Shown piece by piece: positions 39,682-50,319 of a stretch of DNA of 64,000 bases. Position numbers and translations under genes: made by a program. Every line of letters starts with the position of its first letter. The first letter of the stretch is position 1. The stretch comes from Pseudomonadota bacterium (lineage in GTDB: Bacteria > Pseudomonadota > Gammaproteobacteria > Burkholderiales > Burkholderiaceae_C): positions 591 through 64,590 of the forward strand of contig JAZKIW010000113.1 of assembly GCA_040384625.1 (NCBI GenBank), in the 5' to 3' direction. The notes beneath the pieces were generated by a model that saw only the letters and a program-made list of their open reading frames with translations, ran no database searches and had not been told where the DNA came from.

Positions 39682-40260
39682 ATGACCATCACCAAGGACA
39701 GCCTCCTGACGCTCGAGGCGTACTCGAGGATCCGCAAGAGCAGCCAGCCTGCGGCGATTGCCCACCGACGCCTGCGCAGCGTGCAGCTCGGCGACCACAT
39801 CACGCTCCAGTTCGAAGACGAGCAGACCATCCGGCGCCAGATCCAGGAGATGTTGCACATCGAGAAGACCTTCGATGAGGACGGCATTCGCAGCGAGATC
39901 GACGCCTACGCAGCCCTGGTGCCCGACGGTTCGAACTGGAAGGCGACGATGCTGATCGAGTATCCCGACGTGCATGAGCGCAAGCGCGAGTTGGCGCGGC
40001 TGATCGGCGTCGAGCACCGCATGTTCGTCGAAGTCGAAGGTCATGTCCGTGCCTATGCCTTCGCCGACGAAGACCTCGACCGAAGCACCGATGAGAAGAC
40101 CTCTGCGGTGCACTTCCTGCGCTTCGAGTTCAGTCGTTCGCAGTGTGCGGCGATCCGCGCCGGCGCGGCCGTCAAGATCGGCTGTGACCACACCCATTAC
40201 CCGGCGCACGTGGTCGTCGCGCCGGAATCGCTGGCCAGTCTGGCGGGCGACCTGAGGTGA
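39682..40260 (+). CDS. DUF3501 family protein
   Basis: Start at M8 of the track ORF, 7 nt after the Fe-S gene. I recall the Fe-S/DUF3501 pairing as recurrent, but this is unverified. Confidence 0.65.
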   Translation: MTITKDSLLTLEAYSRIRKSSQPAAIAHRRLRSVQLGDHITLQFEDEQTIRRQIQEMLHIEKTFDEDGIRSEIDAYAALVPDGSNWKATMLIEYPDVHERKRELARLIGVEHRMFVEVEGHVRAYAFADEDLDRSTDEKTSAVHFLRFEFSRSQCAAIRAGAAVKIGCDHTHYPAHVVVAPESLASLAGDLR

Positions 40261-41138
40261 AGGCCGGCACGGCGCAGTTGTCGCCGGTCGTTGCGGGAAC
40301 CTGGCGCATGGCGTCGTGGGGCTGGCCTGTGGCGACGCGACTGCGCTGGATCGAGCAGTGCATCGAGCTGGGAGTCACCAGCTTCGACCATGCCGACATC
40401 TACGGAGACTACGCCGTCGAGACCCTCTTCGGCGAAGCGTTGGCCGCAGCCCCTGGCCTGCGCGATCGCCTGCAGTTGGTCGGCAAGTGCGGTATCAAAC
40501 GGGTCTCGTCGCAGCGACCCCAGCACGCAATCAAGTCGTACGACAGTTCGTGCGCACACGTGACTGCTTCGGTCGAGGCTTCGCTGCGTAGCCTGCACAC
40601 CGACCGACTCGACCTGCTGTTGATCCATCGACCCGATGCCTTGATGGACCCCGACGAGCTGGCTGAAACCTTCCGCAGCTTGCGCGCCGCTGGCAAGGTG
40701 CTGCGCTTTGGCGTATCGAACCATTCGCCAGCGCAGTTTGCGCTGTTGCATCGTCGGATTCCCCTCGAAACGAACCAGATCGAGTTTTCGCCGCTGCAGC
40801 TCCAGGCGCTGGCCGACGGTACTCTGGAGCAATGCCTGGATCTCGGTCTGCGACCCATGGTCTGGTCGGCGCTTGCCGGAGGCCGCCTCTTCACCGCCGA
40901 CGATGCCCAGACGCAGCGCGTGCGCGAAATCCTCGATGCACTTGCCCGAGCGCACGGTGTCAGTGTGGCCACGGTGGCCTATGCCTGGATCCTGCGGCAT
41001 CCGGCCAGGCCGCGACCCATCACCGGATCCGGGCGCATCGAAGCGGTTGCCGAGGCCGTCGCGGCGCTGTCGCTGCGCCTGCCGGCCGAAGACTGGTACC
41101 GCGTCTGGCGGGCGAGCGCCGGTCAGGACGTGGCTTGA
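40257..41138 (+). CDS. Aldo/keto reductase
   Basis: GTG start overlapping the DUF3501 stop (GTGA). FDHADIYGDY and LIHRPD. Confidence 0.85.
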   Translation: MKAGTAQLSPVVAGTWRMASWGWPVATRLRWIEQCIELGVTSFDHADIYGDYAVETLFGEALAAAPGLRDRLQLVGKCGIKRVSSQRPQHAIKSYDSSCAHVTASVEASLRSLHTDRLDLLLIHRPDALMDPDELAETFRSLRAAGKVLRFGVSNHSPAQFALLHRRIPLETNQIEFSPLQLQALADGTLEQCLDLGLRPMVWSALAGGRLFTADDAQTQRVREILDALARAHGVSVATVAYAWILRHPARPRPITGSGRIEAVAEAVAALSLRLPAEDWYRVWRASAGQDVA

Positions 41139-41220
41139 CTGCGGGCTCTCCCTCGTTGCCGGACGACCGCGCCAGACGCTGAGGTGAGAATGGCGGCCCC
41201 TTGACTGTGCAGGAGCCGCC

Positions 41221-42645
41221 ATGACCCCCGCTGGCAGCGATTTCGGCCTGATCGGCCTGGCCGTCATGGGCCAGAACCTGGCCCTGAATGTCGAAAGCCG
41301 CGGCTTCGATGTGGCCGTGTTCAACCGCAGCGCCGAAGTGACGCAGGCCTTCGTTGCCGCGCATCCCGACAAGCGTCTGCGCGCGACCTCGACGCTGCCG
41401 GCTTTCATTGCCGCGCTGAAGCGGCCGCGCACCGTGATGCTGATGGTCAAGGCCGGCGCACCGGTCGACGCGGTGATCGAGCAGCTGTCGCCGTTGCTCG
41501 ACGAAGGCGACATCGTGATCGACGGCGGCAACAGTCTTTACACGGACACCGAGCGTCGCTCGGCGGCCCTGGGCGCGCGCGGTCTGCGTTTCGTCGGTGC
41601 CGGTGTGTCGGGCGGGGAGGAGGGCGCGCGCAAGGGGCCGGCGATCATGCCCGGCGGCCCACACAGCACCTGGCAGGTGCTGAAGCCGATCTTCGAGAGC
41701 ATCGCCGCCAAGGTCGACGGCCAACCCTGCGTGATCCATATCGGCGAGGGCGGTGCGGGGCACTACGTGAAGATGGTGCACAACGGCATCGAGTACGGCG
41801 ACATGCAGCTGATCTGCGAGGCCTATGCGCTGTTCCAGGCGGCCGGGATGGACAGCGACCAGATGGCCGAGGTGTTCGAGCACTGGAACGAAGGCGAACT
41901 GCAGAGCTATCTGGTCCAGATCACCGGAAAGATCCTGCGTCAGCGCGATCCCGAGAGCGGTGCGCCGGTGGTGGAGCTGATCCTCGACAAAGCGGGGCAG
42001 AAAGGCACGGGGCAGTGGACGTTGATGAACGCCGCCGAGAACGCCGTGGTCGTCAGCACCATCAATGCCGCGGTCGAGGCGCGTGTGCTGTCGTCGATGA
42101 AGGCGGCGCGCGTAGCGGCCAGTCACGTGCTGCAGGGGCCGGCGGCAAGAATCGATGTCGACCGGGCGCAGCTTGTGGCACAGGTCCGCGACGCGCTCTA
42201 TGCCTCCAAGATCGTCAGCTACACCCAAGGCTTCGACCTGATGCGCACGATGAGCGAACGCAAGGCCTGGTCCCTCGACCTGGGCGGCATCGCGAGCATC
42301 TGGCGTGGCGGCTGCATCATCCGCGCGCGCTTCCTCAACCGAATCACCGAGGCTTATCGCGCCGATCCGGCATTGGCCAACCTGATGCTGGCACCGTTCT
42401 TCCGCGAGGCTTTGAACGAGGCCCAAGGGGCCTGGCGACAGGTGGTTGCGACGGCTGTGAGCCACGGCATCGCCGTGCCGGCGATGAGCGCGTCGCTGGC
42501 CTACTACGACGCCTACCGCAGCGCGCGCCTCCCCGCGAACCTGCTGCAAGCGCAACGCGACTTCTTCGGCGCCCACACCTATGAACGGGTCGATAGGCCC
42601 GCCGGGCAGAGCTTCCACACCGACTGGCCGGAAGTGATCGAATGA
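41221..42645 (+). CDS. gnd: 6-phosphogluconate dehydrogenase, decarboxylating
   Basis: GLIGLAVMGQNLALN Rossmann motif; 474 aa full-length Gnd architecture. Confidence 0.95.
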   Translation: MTPAGSDFGLIGLAVMGQNLALNVESRGFDVAVFNRSAEVTQAFVAAHPDKRLRATSTLPAFIAALKRPRTVMLMVKAGAPVDAVIEQLSPLLDEGDIVIDGGNSLYTDTERRSAALGARGLRFVGAGVSGGEEGARKGPAIMPGGPHSTWQVLKPIFESIAAKVDGQPCVIHIGEGGAGHYVKMVHNGIEYGDMQLICEAYALFQAAGMDSDQMAEVFEHWNEGELQSYLVQITGKILRQRDPESGAPVVELILDKAGQKGTGQWTLMNAAENAVVVSTINAAVEARVLSSMKAARVAASHVLQGPAARIDVDRAQLVAQVRDALYASKIVSYTQGFDLMRTMSERKAWSLDLGGIASIWRGGCIIRARFLNRITEAYRADPALANLMLAPFFREALNEAQGAWRQVVATAVSHGIAVPAMSASLAYYDAYRSARLPANLLQAQRDFFGAHTYERVDRPAGQSFHTDWPEVIE

Positions 42646-42738
42646 AGACCTATGTCGAACTTAGTCAAAGTTAATCGATAACAGATATTTGATAGTAGAT
42701 ACTTTGCTGGTCCGTAACCCATCCAAGGAACCAGCAGC

Positions 42739-43287
42739 ATGAAAACGATCGGCCAACAACTCGAGTCCTTTGAAGTCGTCGGCGTCAAGCCCGGTTTCAA
42801 CCACCACGAGGAAAACGGCGTCTCGGCCTTCGAGACGATCAACGAGAAAAGTTTTGCCGGCAAGTGGAAGGTGATCTATTTCTGGCCGAAGGACTTCACC
42901 TTCGTCTGCCCGACCGAAATCGTCGCCTTCGACAAGATCGCCAGGCAGTTCGAAGAGCGCGATGCCGTGCTGCTCGGCGGCTCTACCGACAACGAGTTCA
43001 GCAAGCTCGGCTGGCGCCGTGACCACAAGGACCTGTCCAAGCTCGGCCACTGGAGCTTCGGCGACAGTCGCGGCTCCCTGGTCGACATGCTCGGGGTGCG
43101 CGACCCGAAGGAAGGCGTGGCCCTGCGCGCGACCTTCATCGTCGACCCCGACAACGTGATCCAGCACGTCAGCGTCAACAACCTCAACGTCGGCCGCAAC
43201 CCCGACGAAGTACTGCGCATCCTCGATGGCCTGCAGACCGATGAGTTGTGCCCGTGCAACCGCGGCGTCGGCGGCGCGACGCTGTAG
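42739..43287 (+). CDS. ahpC: Peroxiredoxin AhpC (AhpD-dependent type)
   Basis: FTFVCPTE peroxidatic Cys motif, resolving Cys region ELCPCN, and AAGGAA RBS. Confidence 0.9.
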   Translation: MKTIGQQLESFEVVGVKPGFNHHEENGVSAFETINEKSFAGKWKVIYFWPKDFTFVCPTEIVAFDKIARQFEERDAVLLGGSTDNEFSKLGWRRDHKDLSKLGHWSFGDSRGSLVDMLGVRDPKEGVALRATFIVDPDNVIQHVSVNNLNVGRNPDEVLRILDGLQTDELCPCNRGVGGATL

Positions 43288-43293
43288 GAGTCG

Positions 43294-43818
43294 GTGATGG
43301 AATTCCTGCAAGCGATCAAGGATCGGATGCCTGAGTACGCCAAGGACATCCGCCTCAACCTCGACGGCACGATCGCGCGCTCGAGCCTGGCGCCAGAGGA
43401 CGCGATCGCGGTGGCACTGGCCGCTGCATTCGCGGCCAGGAGCCAGCCCCTGATCGAGGCGTTCAAGGGGGCGGTGGCACCGGCCGAAGGCTACGCGGCG
43501 CTGACCGCTGCGGCGCTGATGGGCATGAACAACACCTGGTATCCCTATGTCGAGATGGCCGGCGACGACGACCTGAAGACCCAGCGTGCCGAGCTGCGGA
43601 TGAACGCCTATGCCGGGAGTGGTGGTGTCGCCAAAGCCAAGTTCGAGGCCTACGCGCTGGCGGCCTCGATCGTCGGAAAGTGCCACTTCTGCGTGCAGTC
43701 GCACTACGCGCTGCTGAAGAAGGACGGTTGGACGACGCAGCAGCTGCGCGACATCGGTCGCATCGCGGCCGTGGTGAACGCTGCGGCACAGGTCCTGGCT
43801 GCCGAAGCGGCGGTCTGA
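43294..43818 (+). CDS. ahpD: Alkyl hydroperoxide reductase AhpD
   Basis: CMD-family CxxC motif GKCHFCVQSH. Starts 6 nt after ahpC. Confidence 0.9.
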   Translation: MMEFLQAIKDRMPEYAKDIRLNLDGTIARSSLAPEDAIAVALAAAFAARSQPLIEAFKGAVAPAEGYAALTAAALMGMNNTWYPYVEMAGDDDLKTQRAELRMNAYAGSGGVAKAKFEAYALAASIVGKCHFCVQSHYALLKKDGWTTQQLRDIGRIAAVVNAAAQVLAAEAAV

Positions 43819-43942
43819 GCACCGGCGACGGGAAGTTCCCGACTTCTCGTGGCTGTGCGGCCGGCGCATCATTGCGCTGTGCCGTACCTGTCTTTTTCGC
43901 GCCGGCTGGCCTGCTTCGCTGCAACGCCTGAACGCGACACCC

Positions 43943-45190
43943 TTGGCCACGACTGAAGCGCGCTTGTCGGGCGACTTTCCGCGCGTTCTCGCTGCCGAGA
44001 GCATCTCGAACTTCGGTTCGATGCTCAGTCGCTTGGCCATTCCTTGGCTGGCAGCCCTGCTACTGCAGGCTACGCCGTTGCAGATGGCCGCACTGCTGAT
44101 GGCCGATGTCCTGGCCGCTGCGCTCGGTTCGCTCTGGCTCGGCAGCCTGATAGACCGCAGCGGCAAACGCGGCGTGATGCTGGCCAGCGACGGCTTGCGC
44201 TGTGCGCTGTTTGGCGCGCTCGCACTCGCTGCCTGGGGCGGTTGGCTTGGCTTTGCGCTGCTGCTGGCCGGCGCCGCCGCAAGCGGCCTGCTCGGCGTCG
44301 CGTTCGAACTGGCGCGTTCGGCCTGGGTCGCGCAGGCGATCGATGGCGCCGACCTGCCGCGCCGCAACGCTCAGCTGTCGATGGCCGGCAGCCTGTCCGA
44401 AACCGTCGCATTCGCACTGGGGGGATGGCTCTACCAATGGCTTGGCGCGGCCCTGGCCCTCGCCGCTGATGCGCTCAGCTACGCTGCTTCGGCGCTGGCC
44501 TTGCGCGGTGTGCGCGAGATGGCGCCGCCACCGCGGCTCGCTGCCTCGGGCGGCCGATGGCGCACCATGATCGACGATGTCGTCGCCGGCCTGGGCGCCG
44601 TGGCGGGCCACCGGTCGCTGCGGGCCCTGCTGGGTGTCGAGGTGCTGATTGCTTTCGGCACCAGTCTCGCAGGCACCAGCCACATGATCTACGTGGCACG
44701 CGACCTTGCCGTTCCGACAGGCGTGTTGGGGATGGTGTTCGCGCTGGGGGGCCTGGGTGCGATCGTCGGCGCTGCCTGGGCGCCGCGCCTGGGCCGCCGC
44801 TTGGGTGCCGGTCGGGCGATGAGCTTTGGCTTGGCGGCCCTGGCCTTGGCAGCCCTGTGCGTGCCGTTGGCCGCCTCGGGCGGCGTCCTTGCCATCGGCT
44901 TGCTCATCGTGCAGCAGGTCGTCGGTGACGGCGGCCAAACGGTACATGACGTGCATGACCGCACCTTGCGCCAGACGGCGGTGCCCGCGACGCTGTTGGC
45001 ACGAGTCGACGCCGGCATTCGGAGTGCCGGCCAGTTCGCCATGTTGGCCGGGGCCGCCTTGGGGGGGCTGATCGGCACCGCCACGGGTGCCCGCAGTGTC
45101 TTGTGGCTGAGTGCGGTGTCCTTTGCGCTGGCGGCGCTGCTCGCCGCGTTCACGCTCGGCGGCCGCGCAGCACCCTTGACCGAGGCTTGA
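43943..45190 (+). CDS. MFS transporter
   Basis: ORF track, 415 aa, about 12 hydrophobic segments. Non-ATG start in the track; start uncertain. Confidence 0.75.
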   Translation: MATTEARLSGDFPRVLAAESISNFGSMLSRLAIPWLAALLLQATPLQMAALLMADVLAAALGSLWLGSLIDRSGKRGVMLASDGLRCALFGALALAAWGGWLGFALLLAGAAASGLLGVAFELARSAWVAQAIDGADLPRRNAQLSMAGSLSETVAFALGGWLYQWLGAALALAADALSYAASALALRGVREMAPPPRLAASGGRWRTMIDDVVAGLGAVAGHRSLRALLGVEVLIAFGTSLAGTSHMIYVARDLAVPTGVLGMVFALGGLGAIVGAAWAPRLGRRLGAGRAMSFGLAALALAALCVPLAASGGVLAIGLLIVQQVVGDGGQTVHDVHDRTLRQTAVPATLLARVDAGIRSAGQFAMLAGAALGGLIGTATGARSVLWLSAVSFALAALLAAFTLGGRAAPLTEA

Positions 45191-45370
45191 AGGGCATCGG
45201 GTCCTCCAAGGCAGCGGGCGGTTGCAAGGCTGTTGCGTGCAGCGCACACCCATCCCCCGTTGTGGGGACATTCACCCGTGTGGGGGAATGACGACGCCTT
45301 GCATCGGCAGAAAAATCTCTGTCATCCGATGCAGTCACGATGACGGCATCGATGCTGCGAGGAGCGTGTC

Positions 45371-45913
45371 ATGCCTCAGACCTTCAATGTCGGATCGCGT
45401 TCCGTGTTCGTGACCCTGACTGCCTGGGCCTTCCTGCTCCTGGGCACCATGGCCAGCGTGTCGGCCCTCTTGCAGAACGCCACCCTCGCGTCCTGGCTGC
45501 CCGGACTTCAAGGTCTCGGTGCAGCTCAACCACTGCCCCTGCTGACGGGCCTGTTGATCGGCTACCTGCCTTGGGTCATGGGCGCCGGGCTGGCAGTCTC
45601 TCTGGCGACGATGGCCAGCGCCGTCGGCTTGCTGATGCGCCTGGAGTGGGCGCGACGTTGCTTCATCGCCTTGCTCGGCTTGGCGATCACGGCCAACCTG
45701 CTCGGCTTGTGGCTCCAGTACGAACTGGTGCGGTCGGTGGTGGACGCCACACTGGCTCACGCACCCTTGCCGCCGGCGGCTGCCAACGTGTTCGGCAACT
45801 TCGTCACGGCGTCCCAGGTGATGGCCGGCGTGGTGACGTTTGCGGCCTGCGCACTGCTGGCCTGGATCATCCGCCGCCTGATGTCGCCGTCGGTGCGGCA
45901 GGAATTCGCCTGA
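45371..45913 (+). CDS. Hypothetical membrane protein
   Basis: 180 aa with four hydrophobic segments. No recognised family. Confidence 0.55.
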   Translation: MPQTFNVGSRSVFVTLTAWAFLLLGTMASVSALLQNATLASWLPGLQGLGAAQPLPLLTGLLIGYLPWVMGAGLAVSLATMASAVGLLMRLEWARRCFIALLGLAITANLLGLWLQYELVRSVVDATLAHAPLPPAAANVFGNFVTASQVMAGVVTFAACALLAWIIRRLMSPSVRQEFA

Positions 45914-45936
45914 ACTGCCCCAGGCCCGGCTTTCGG

Positions 45937-46245
45937 CTACTTGGTGCTCAGAACCCACGCAGCCAAGGTCTTGGCCTCGGCCTCGTTGACTTGCGGATTG
46001 GCCGGCATCGGCACCGCACCCCAGACGCCCGAGCCGCCCTTGAGGATCTTTTGTGCCAACTTGTCAGCGGCGTCCTTCTGGCCCGCGTACTTGGCCGCAA
46101 CATCCTTGTATGCGGGACCGATGACCTTCTTGTCGGTTGCGTGACACGCCATGCAGTTCTTCTTCTGCGCCATGTCGGCGCTGGCGAAGGCCGGGGCGGC
46201 CATCACAGCACCGAGGATGAGGGTCAGGACGATCGGGGATTTCAT
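45937..46245 (-). CDS. Class I c-type cytochrome (c551/c552-like)
   Basis: Signal peptide, CMACH heme motif, GSGVWGAVPMP with the Met ligand. Confidence 0.9.
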   Translation of the reverse strand: MKSPIVLTLILGAVMAAPAFASADMAQKKNCMACHATDKKVIGPAYKDVAAKYAGQKDAADKLAQKILKGGSGVWGAVPMPANPQVNEAEAKTLAAWVLSTK

Positions 46246-46344
46246 GACTTCCTTCCGCAGGAGGGGGGGAATGACGGGTTACAGTTTGCTGCAACGGCAT
46301 TCTAGGCAGGACCGTTGACAGCCTCCTGCCGCGAGGAGTTCGAC

Positions 46345-46755
46345 ATGTGGTTTGTGGTGCTCGGTGTCTTGCTGATCGCCTTGAAGCTGGCGGACATCGG
46401 CTTTGTCGTCGCGTGGAGCTGGTGGTGGGTGCTCTCGCCCTTCGCGGCTGCCGCCGTGTGGTGGGCCTACGCCGATGCGAGTGGCCTGACGAAGAAGCGT
46501 GAGATGAACAAGCTGGAGGACAAGAAGCTCGAGCGTCGGCGCAGGAACCTGGAGGCCCTGGGCATCGACCGCGAGAAGCAGAAGGTCGAAGAAGCCGCCG
46601 TGCGCGCGCGTCGCATCGCCGCCCAGCGCGTCGAAGGCCACCGCGACAAGAAGCGCCAGCACAACGAGCAGGTCATCAAGGACAGCGTGTTCGACAGTCA
46701 GACGAGCACCAGCTTCGAGGATTCGAAGCAGCGCGAGCCGAATCAGAAGCCTTGA
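46345..46755 (+). CDS. Small Trp-rich membrane protein (TIGR04438-like) with charged coiled C-terminus
   Basis: Start at M11: MWFVVLGVLLIALKLADIG..WSWWWVLSPF, then a KR/E-rich tail. Confidence 0.7.
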   Translation: MWFVVLGVLLIALKLADIGFVVAWSWWWVLSPFAAAAVWWAYADASGLTKKREMNKLEDKKLERRRRNLEALGIDREKQKVEEAAVRARRIAAQRVEGHRDKKRQHNEQVIKDSVFDSQTSTSFEDSKQREPNQKP

Positions 46756-46761
46756 GGCGCT

Positions 46762-48444
46762 TCACTCGAAGCGGTCTAGCACCGCGCCGGCACTTGCGCT
46801 GGCCGCATTGAACGCGAACTTGGCCAGCACTCCACGGGTGTAACGCGGCGCGGGCTTGACCCAGGCCGCGCGGCGGCGCGCCAGTTCCGCTGCCTCGACA
46901 TTCAGCTCCAATAGCAACCGGTGTGCGTCGATCGTGATGGTGTCGCCCTCGCGCACCAGGGCGATCACGCCGCCCTCATAGGCTTCGGGCGCCACGTGGC
47001 CGACCACCATGCCCCAGGTGCCACCGGAGAATCGCCCGTCGGTGACCAGGCCGACACTTTCGCCCAGGCCCTGGCCGATCAGTGCACCGGTCGGGGCCAG
47101 CATTTCCGGCATGCCCGGCCCGCCCTTGGGGCCGAGGTAGCGCAGCACCATCACGTCGCCAGCCTTGATCTGCTTGGCCATGATCGCGGCCAGCGCGGAT
47201 TGTTCATCGTCGAAGACGCGCGCCGGACCGGTGATGACCGGGTTCTTCAGGCCGGTGATTTTGGCCACGCAACCCTCGGGCGCCAGGTTGCCGCGCAGGA
47301 TCGCCAGGTGTCCCGTGGCATACATCGGGTTCGAGATCGGGCGGATCACGTCCTGGTCCGCGCGCAGGGGCGGCGCGTCGGCCAGGTTCTCAGCCAGGGT
47401 CTTGCCGGTGATGGTGATGCAGTCGCCGTGCAGCAGGCCGGCATCGAACAAGACCTTCATCACTGCCGGGATGCCGCCGGCGCGGTGCAGGTCGATCGCC
47501 AGGTACTTGCCGCTGGGCTTCAGGTCGCACAGCACCGGCACCTTGCGCCGCACACGCTCGAAGTCGTCGATTGTCCACTCGACACCCGCGGCGTGAGCGA
47601 TGGCCAGAAAGTGCAGGACCGCGTTGGTCGAGCCGCCGGTGGCCATGATCAGCGCGACCGCGTTCTCGATGCTCTTGCGCGTCACGATGTCGCGCGGCTT
47701 CAGATCGGCTTTCACGGCCTCGACGAGCACGCGCGCCGCCTGCCGGGTGTGCTCGACGATCGGATCCTCGACATTGGCCATCGTCGACGCGAAGGGCAGG
47801 CTCATGCCCAGCGCCTCGAAGGCCGAACTCATCGTGTTGGCGGTGTACATGCCGCCGCAGGAGCCGCTGCCGGGAATGGCGCGGCGCTCGATCTGGCAGA
47901 AGTCTTCCTCGCTCATGTTGCCGGCGCTGAACTGACCGACGGCCTCGAACACGCTGACGATATTCAGGTCCTGGCCCTTGTATTTGCCGGGCAGGATGGT
48001 GCCGCCGTAGACATAGACCGCCGGCACGTTGGCGCGCAGGATGCCCATCATGCCGCCGGGCATGTTCTTGTCGCAGCCGCCGATCACCAGCACGCCGTCC
48101 ATCCACTGGCCGCCGACACAGGTCTCGACGCAGTCGGCGATGACCTCGCGCGAGACCAGGCTGTACTTCATCCCTTCGGTGCCCATCGCCATGCCGTCGC
48201 TGATCGTCGGCGTGCCGAAGGTCTGCGGGTTGGCGCCGGCGGCCTTCAGCGCATCGACGGCGGCGTCAGCAAGCTTTTGCAATCCCGAATTGCAGGGCGT
48301 GATGGTCGAGTGTCCGTTCGCGACGCCGATCATCGGCTTGACGAAGTCGCTCGGCTCGTAGCCCATTGCGTAATACATCGAACGGTTCGGCGCGCGGGCC
48401 ACGCCTTCGGTGATGGTCTTGGAGCGGCGGTTGGCTTCGGTCAT
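46762..48444 (-). CDS. ilvD: Dihydroxy-acid dehydratase
   Basis: Start at M14 ([14 protein letters not shown]). TPCNSGL and GGCDKNMPG. Confidence 0.9.
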   Translation of the reverse strand: MTEANRRSKTITEGVARAPNRSMYYAMGYEPSDFVKPMIGVANGHSTITPCNSGLQKLADAAVDALKAAGANPQTFGTPTISDGMAMGTEGMKYSLVSREVIADCVETCVGGQWMDGVLVIGGCDKNMPGGMMGILRANVPAVYVYGGTILPGKYKGQDLNIVSVFEAVGQFSAGNMSEEDFCQIERRAIPGSGSCGGMYTANTMSSAFEALGMSLPFASTMANVEDPIVEHTRQAARVLVEAVKADLKPRDIVTRKSIENAVALIMATGGSTNAVLHFLAIAHAAGVEWTIDDFERVRRKVPVLCDLKPSGKYLAIDLHRAGGIPAVMKVLFDAGLLHGDCITITGKTLAENLADAPPLRADQDVIRPISNPMYATGHLAILRGNLAPEGCVAKITGLKNPVITGPARVFDDEQSALAAIMAKQIKAGDVMVLRYLGPKGGPGMPEMLAPTGALIGQGLGESVGLVTDGRFSGGTWGMVVGHVAPEAYEGGVIALVREGDTITIDAHRLLLELNVEAAELARRRAAWVKPAPRYTRGVLAKFAFNAASASAGAVLDRFE

Positions 48445-48519
48445 TGCGGGGTCTCCTGATGGCGCCATTGTGGTCAGCATCAAGTTGATGGTCCAATCTA
48501 TTTATCATGGCCTATTGAT

Positions 48520-49479
48520 ATGCACAGCAACTCAATGATCGAGCTGCGGCCTTTGCGCCAGTTCGTTGCAGTGGCGGAGGAACTGCACTTCGGCCGCGCT
48601 GCAAAGCGCCTGGCGATGACCCAGCCACCGCTGACGCAGGCCGTGCAGGCTCTCGAGCGCAACCTGGAAGTGATGCTGTTCGAGCGCACCCGGCGCACAG
48701 TGGCCCTGACGCCGGCGGGCCATGCCTTGCTCGACCAGGCCCGGCGCCTGCTGCGATCGGCCGAGGCGCTGCCGATGGCGGTCCGCGCCGCAGCGTTGGG
48801 CCAGACCGGCCGCCTGCGCCTGGCCTTCGTGTCGAGCATTGCCTACGGCGCGTTGCCGCTCTGGCTGCGTGCGTTTCGCGAGGCCTGCCCGGGCGTGCAG
48901 CTCCAACTGCGCGAAGCAACGCTCGACGTCCAACTGGCCGCCTTCGCTGCCGACGAGATCGATGCCGGCTTCGTGTTGCACGCCCCCGGTGCTGTGCCTG
49001 CCGGCTTCGCTGCGCTCAGGGTGCTGAGCGAGCCGATGTGGCTGGCCTTGCCCGAGGGCCACGCCGCGAGTGCGCGCAAGACGCTACATGGGCGCGACCT
49101 TGCCGATGCGCCGCTGCTGATCTTTCCGCGTGCCGTGACGCCCTCGCTCTATGACGCGATCCTTTCCGCGCAACGCGCGCTCGGACTGACGCCGCAGGTC
49201 GCGCAGGAGGCGATCCAGATGCAAACACTCGTCAGCCTGGTCTCGGCCGGTATCGGCGTGGCCTGGGTACCGGAGACGGTGACGCACCTGCAGCGCCCGG
49301 GCGTGGTCTACCGCCGCATGGCCGGCGAGCCGCTGTTGGCCGAGACCAGCTTGATCTGGCGCGAACCGCCTGCGCCAGTTGTCCAGCGCTTCGTCGAGCA
49401 GGTTGAAGTTCAACTGGGTGCGCCGCCCGGGGCCCGGACGAGCCTGCGCGTGCAGCGGCGACAATCCCGCCCTGCCTGA
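48520..49479 (+). CDS. LysR family transcriptional regulator
   Basis: [35 protein letters not shown]. Divergent from ilvD. Alternative start at 48535. Confidence 0.9.
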   Translation: MHSNSMIELRPLRQFVAVAEELHFGRAAKRLAMTQPPLTQAVQALERNLEVMLFERTRRTVALTPAGHALLDQARRLLRSAEALPMAVRAAALGQTGRLRLAFVSSIAYGALPLWLRAFREACPGVQLQLREATLDVQLAAFAADEIDAGFVLHAPGAVPAGFAALRVLSEPMWLALPEGHAASARKTLHGRDLADAPLLIFPRAVTPSLYDAILSAQRALGLTPQVAQEAIQMQTLVSLVSAGIGVAWVPETVTHLQRPGVVYRRMAGEPLLAETSLIWREPPAPVVQRFVEQVEVQLGAPPGARTSLRVQRRQSRPA

Positions 49480-49513
49480 TCGCCAAGTCCAAGGCCCAAG
49501 GAGACTCCCTCAG

Positions 49514-50314
49514 ATGCTCGTGCATCCGCAATTCGACCCGATCGCGATCCAGCTCGGCCCGGTGGGCATCCACTGGTATGGCCTGACCTACCTCGTCGCC
49601 TTCGGCCTTTTCCTGCTTCTCGCCACTTTGCGCACGCGCCAGCCGCAATATGCCCAGGCCGGCTGGACCCGCCGTGACGTGGAGGACATGCTGTTCTGGG
49701 GTGTCCTGGGAGTGGTGATCGGTGGACGCCTGGGCTATGTGCTGTTCTACAAGCCTGGCCATTACGCCTCGAACCCGCTCGAGGCCTTGATGGTGTGGAA
49801 GGGCGGCATGTCGTTCCACGGTGGCCTGCTCGGCGTGATCGCGGCGCTGGCGCTGTATGCACGACAGCGCGGGCGGCCTTTCTTCGAAGTCATGGATCTG
49901 ATCGCGCCTTGTGTGCCGCTCGGTCTGGCCTCCGGGCGTGTGGGCAACTTCATCAATGGGGAGCTGTGGGGCCGGGAGGCCGACCCCGCGTTGCCTTGGG
50001 CCATGGTCTTTCCGCAATCGGGCAGCGCGATGGCACGCCATCCGTCGCAGCTCTACCAGGTGGCGCTAGAAGGCCTGCTGCTCTTCGTCCTGCTGTGGCT
50101 ATATGCACGCAAGCCGCGCGCGACCGGGCAGGTCTCGGGCGCATTCCTTGTGGGCTACGGCACGCTGCGCTTCGTCGCCGAATTCTTCCGCGAGCCCGAT
50201 CGCTTCCTGGGTCCACTCGCGCTCGGCATGAGCATGGGCCAGTGGTTGTGCGTGCCGATGGTGCTGGCCGGGGCCATCATCTGGCTGCGCGCGAGTCCAA
50301 CCGCATCACACTGA
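49514..50314 (+). CDS. lgt: Prolipoprotein diacylglyceryl transferase
   Basis: Start at M46 of the track [15 protein letters not shown] and [15 protein letters not shown]. Confidence 0.9.
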   Translation: MLVHPQFDPIAIQLGPVGIHWYGLTYLVAFGLFLLLATLRTRQPQYAQAGWTRRDVEDMLFWGVLGVVIGGRLGYVLFYKPGHYASNPLEALMVWKGGMSFHGGLLGVIAALALYARQRGRPFFEVMDLIAPCVPLGLASGRVGNFINGELWGREADPALPWAMVFPQSGSAMARHPSQLYQVALEGLLLFVLLWLYARKPRATGQVSGAFLVGYGTLRFVAEFFREPDRFLGPLALGMSMGQWLCVPMVLAGAIIWLRASPTASH

Positions 50315-50319
50315 CCGGC

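Noticed and set aside
38274-39887. 537-aa minus-strand ORF
   Set aside because: It is antisense to the Fe-S/CCG protein gene, which has clear cysteine motifs. The translated sequence is Arg/His-rich with no recognisable motif.
41020-44367. Minus-strand ORFs 41020..42618 (532 aa) and 42661..44367 (568 aa)
   Set aside because: They are antisense to gnd, ahpC, ahpD and an MFS gene, all of which have strong family signatures. The composition is typical of shadow frames.
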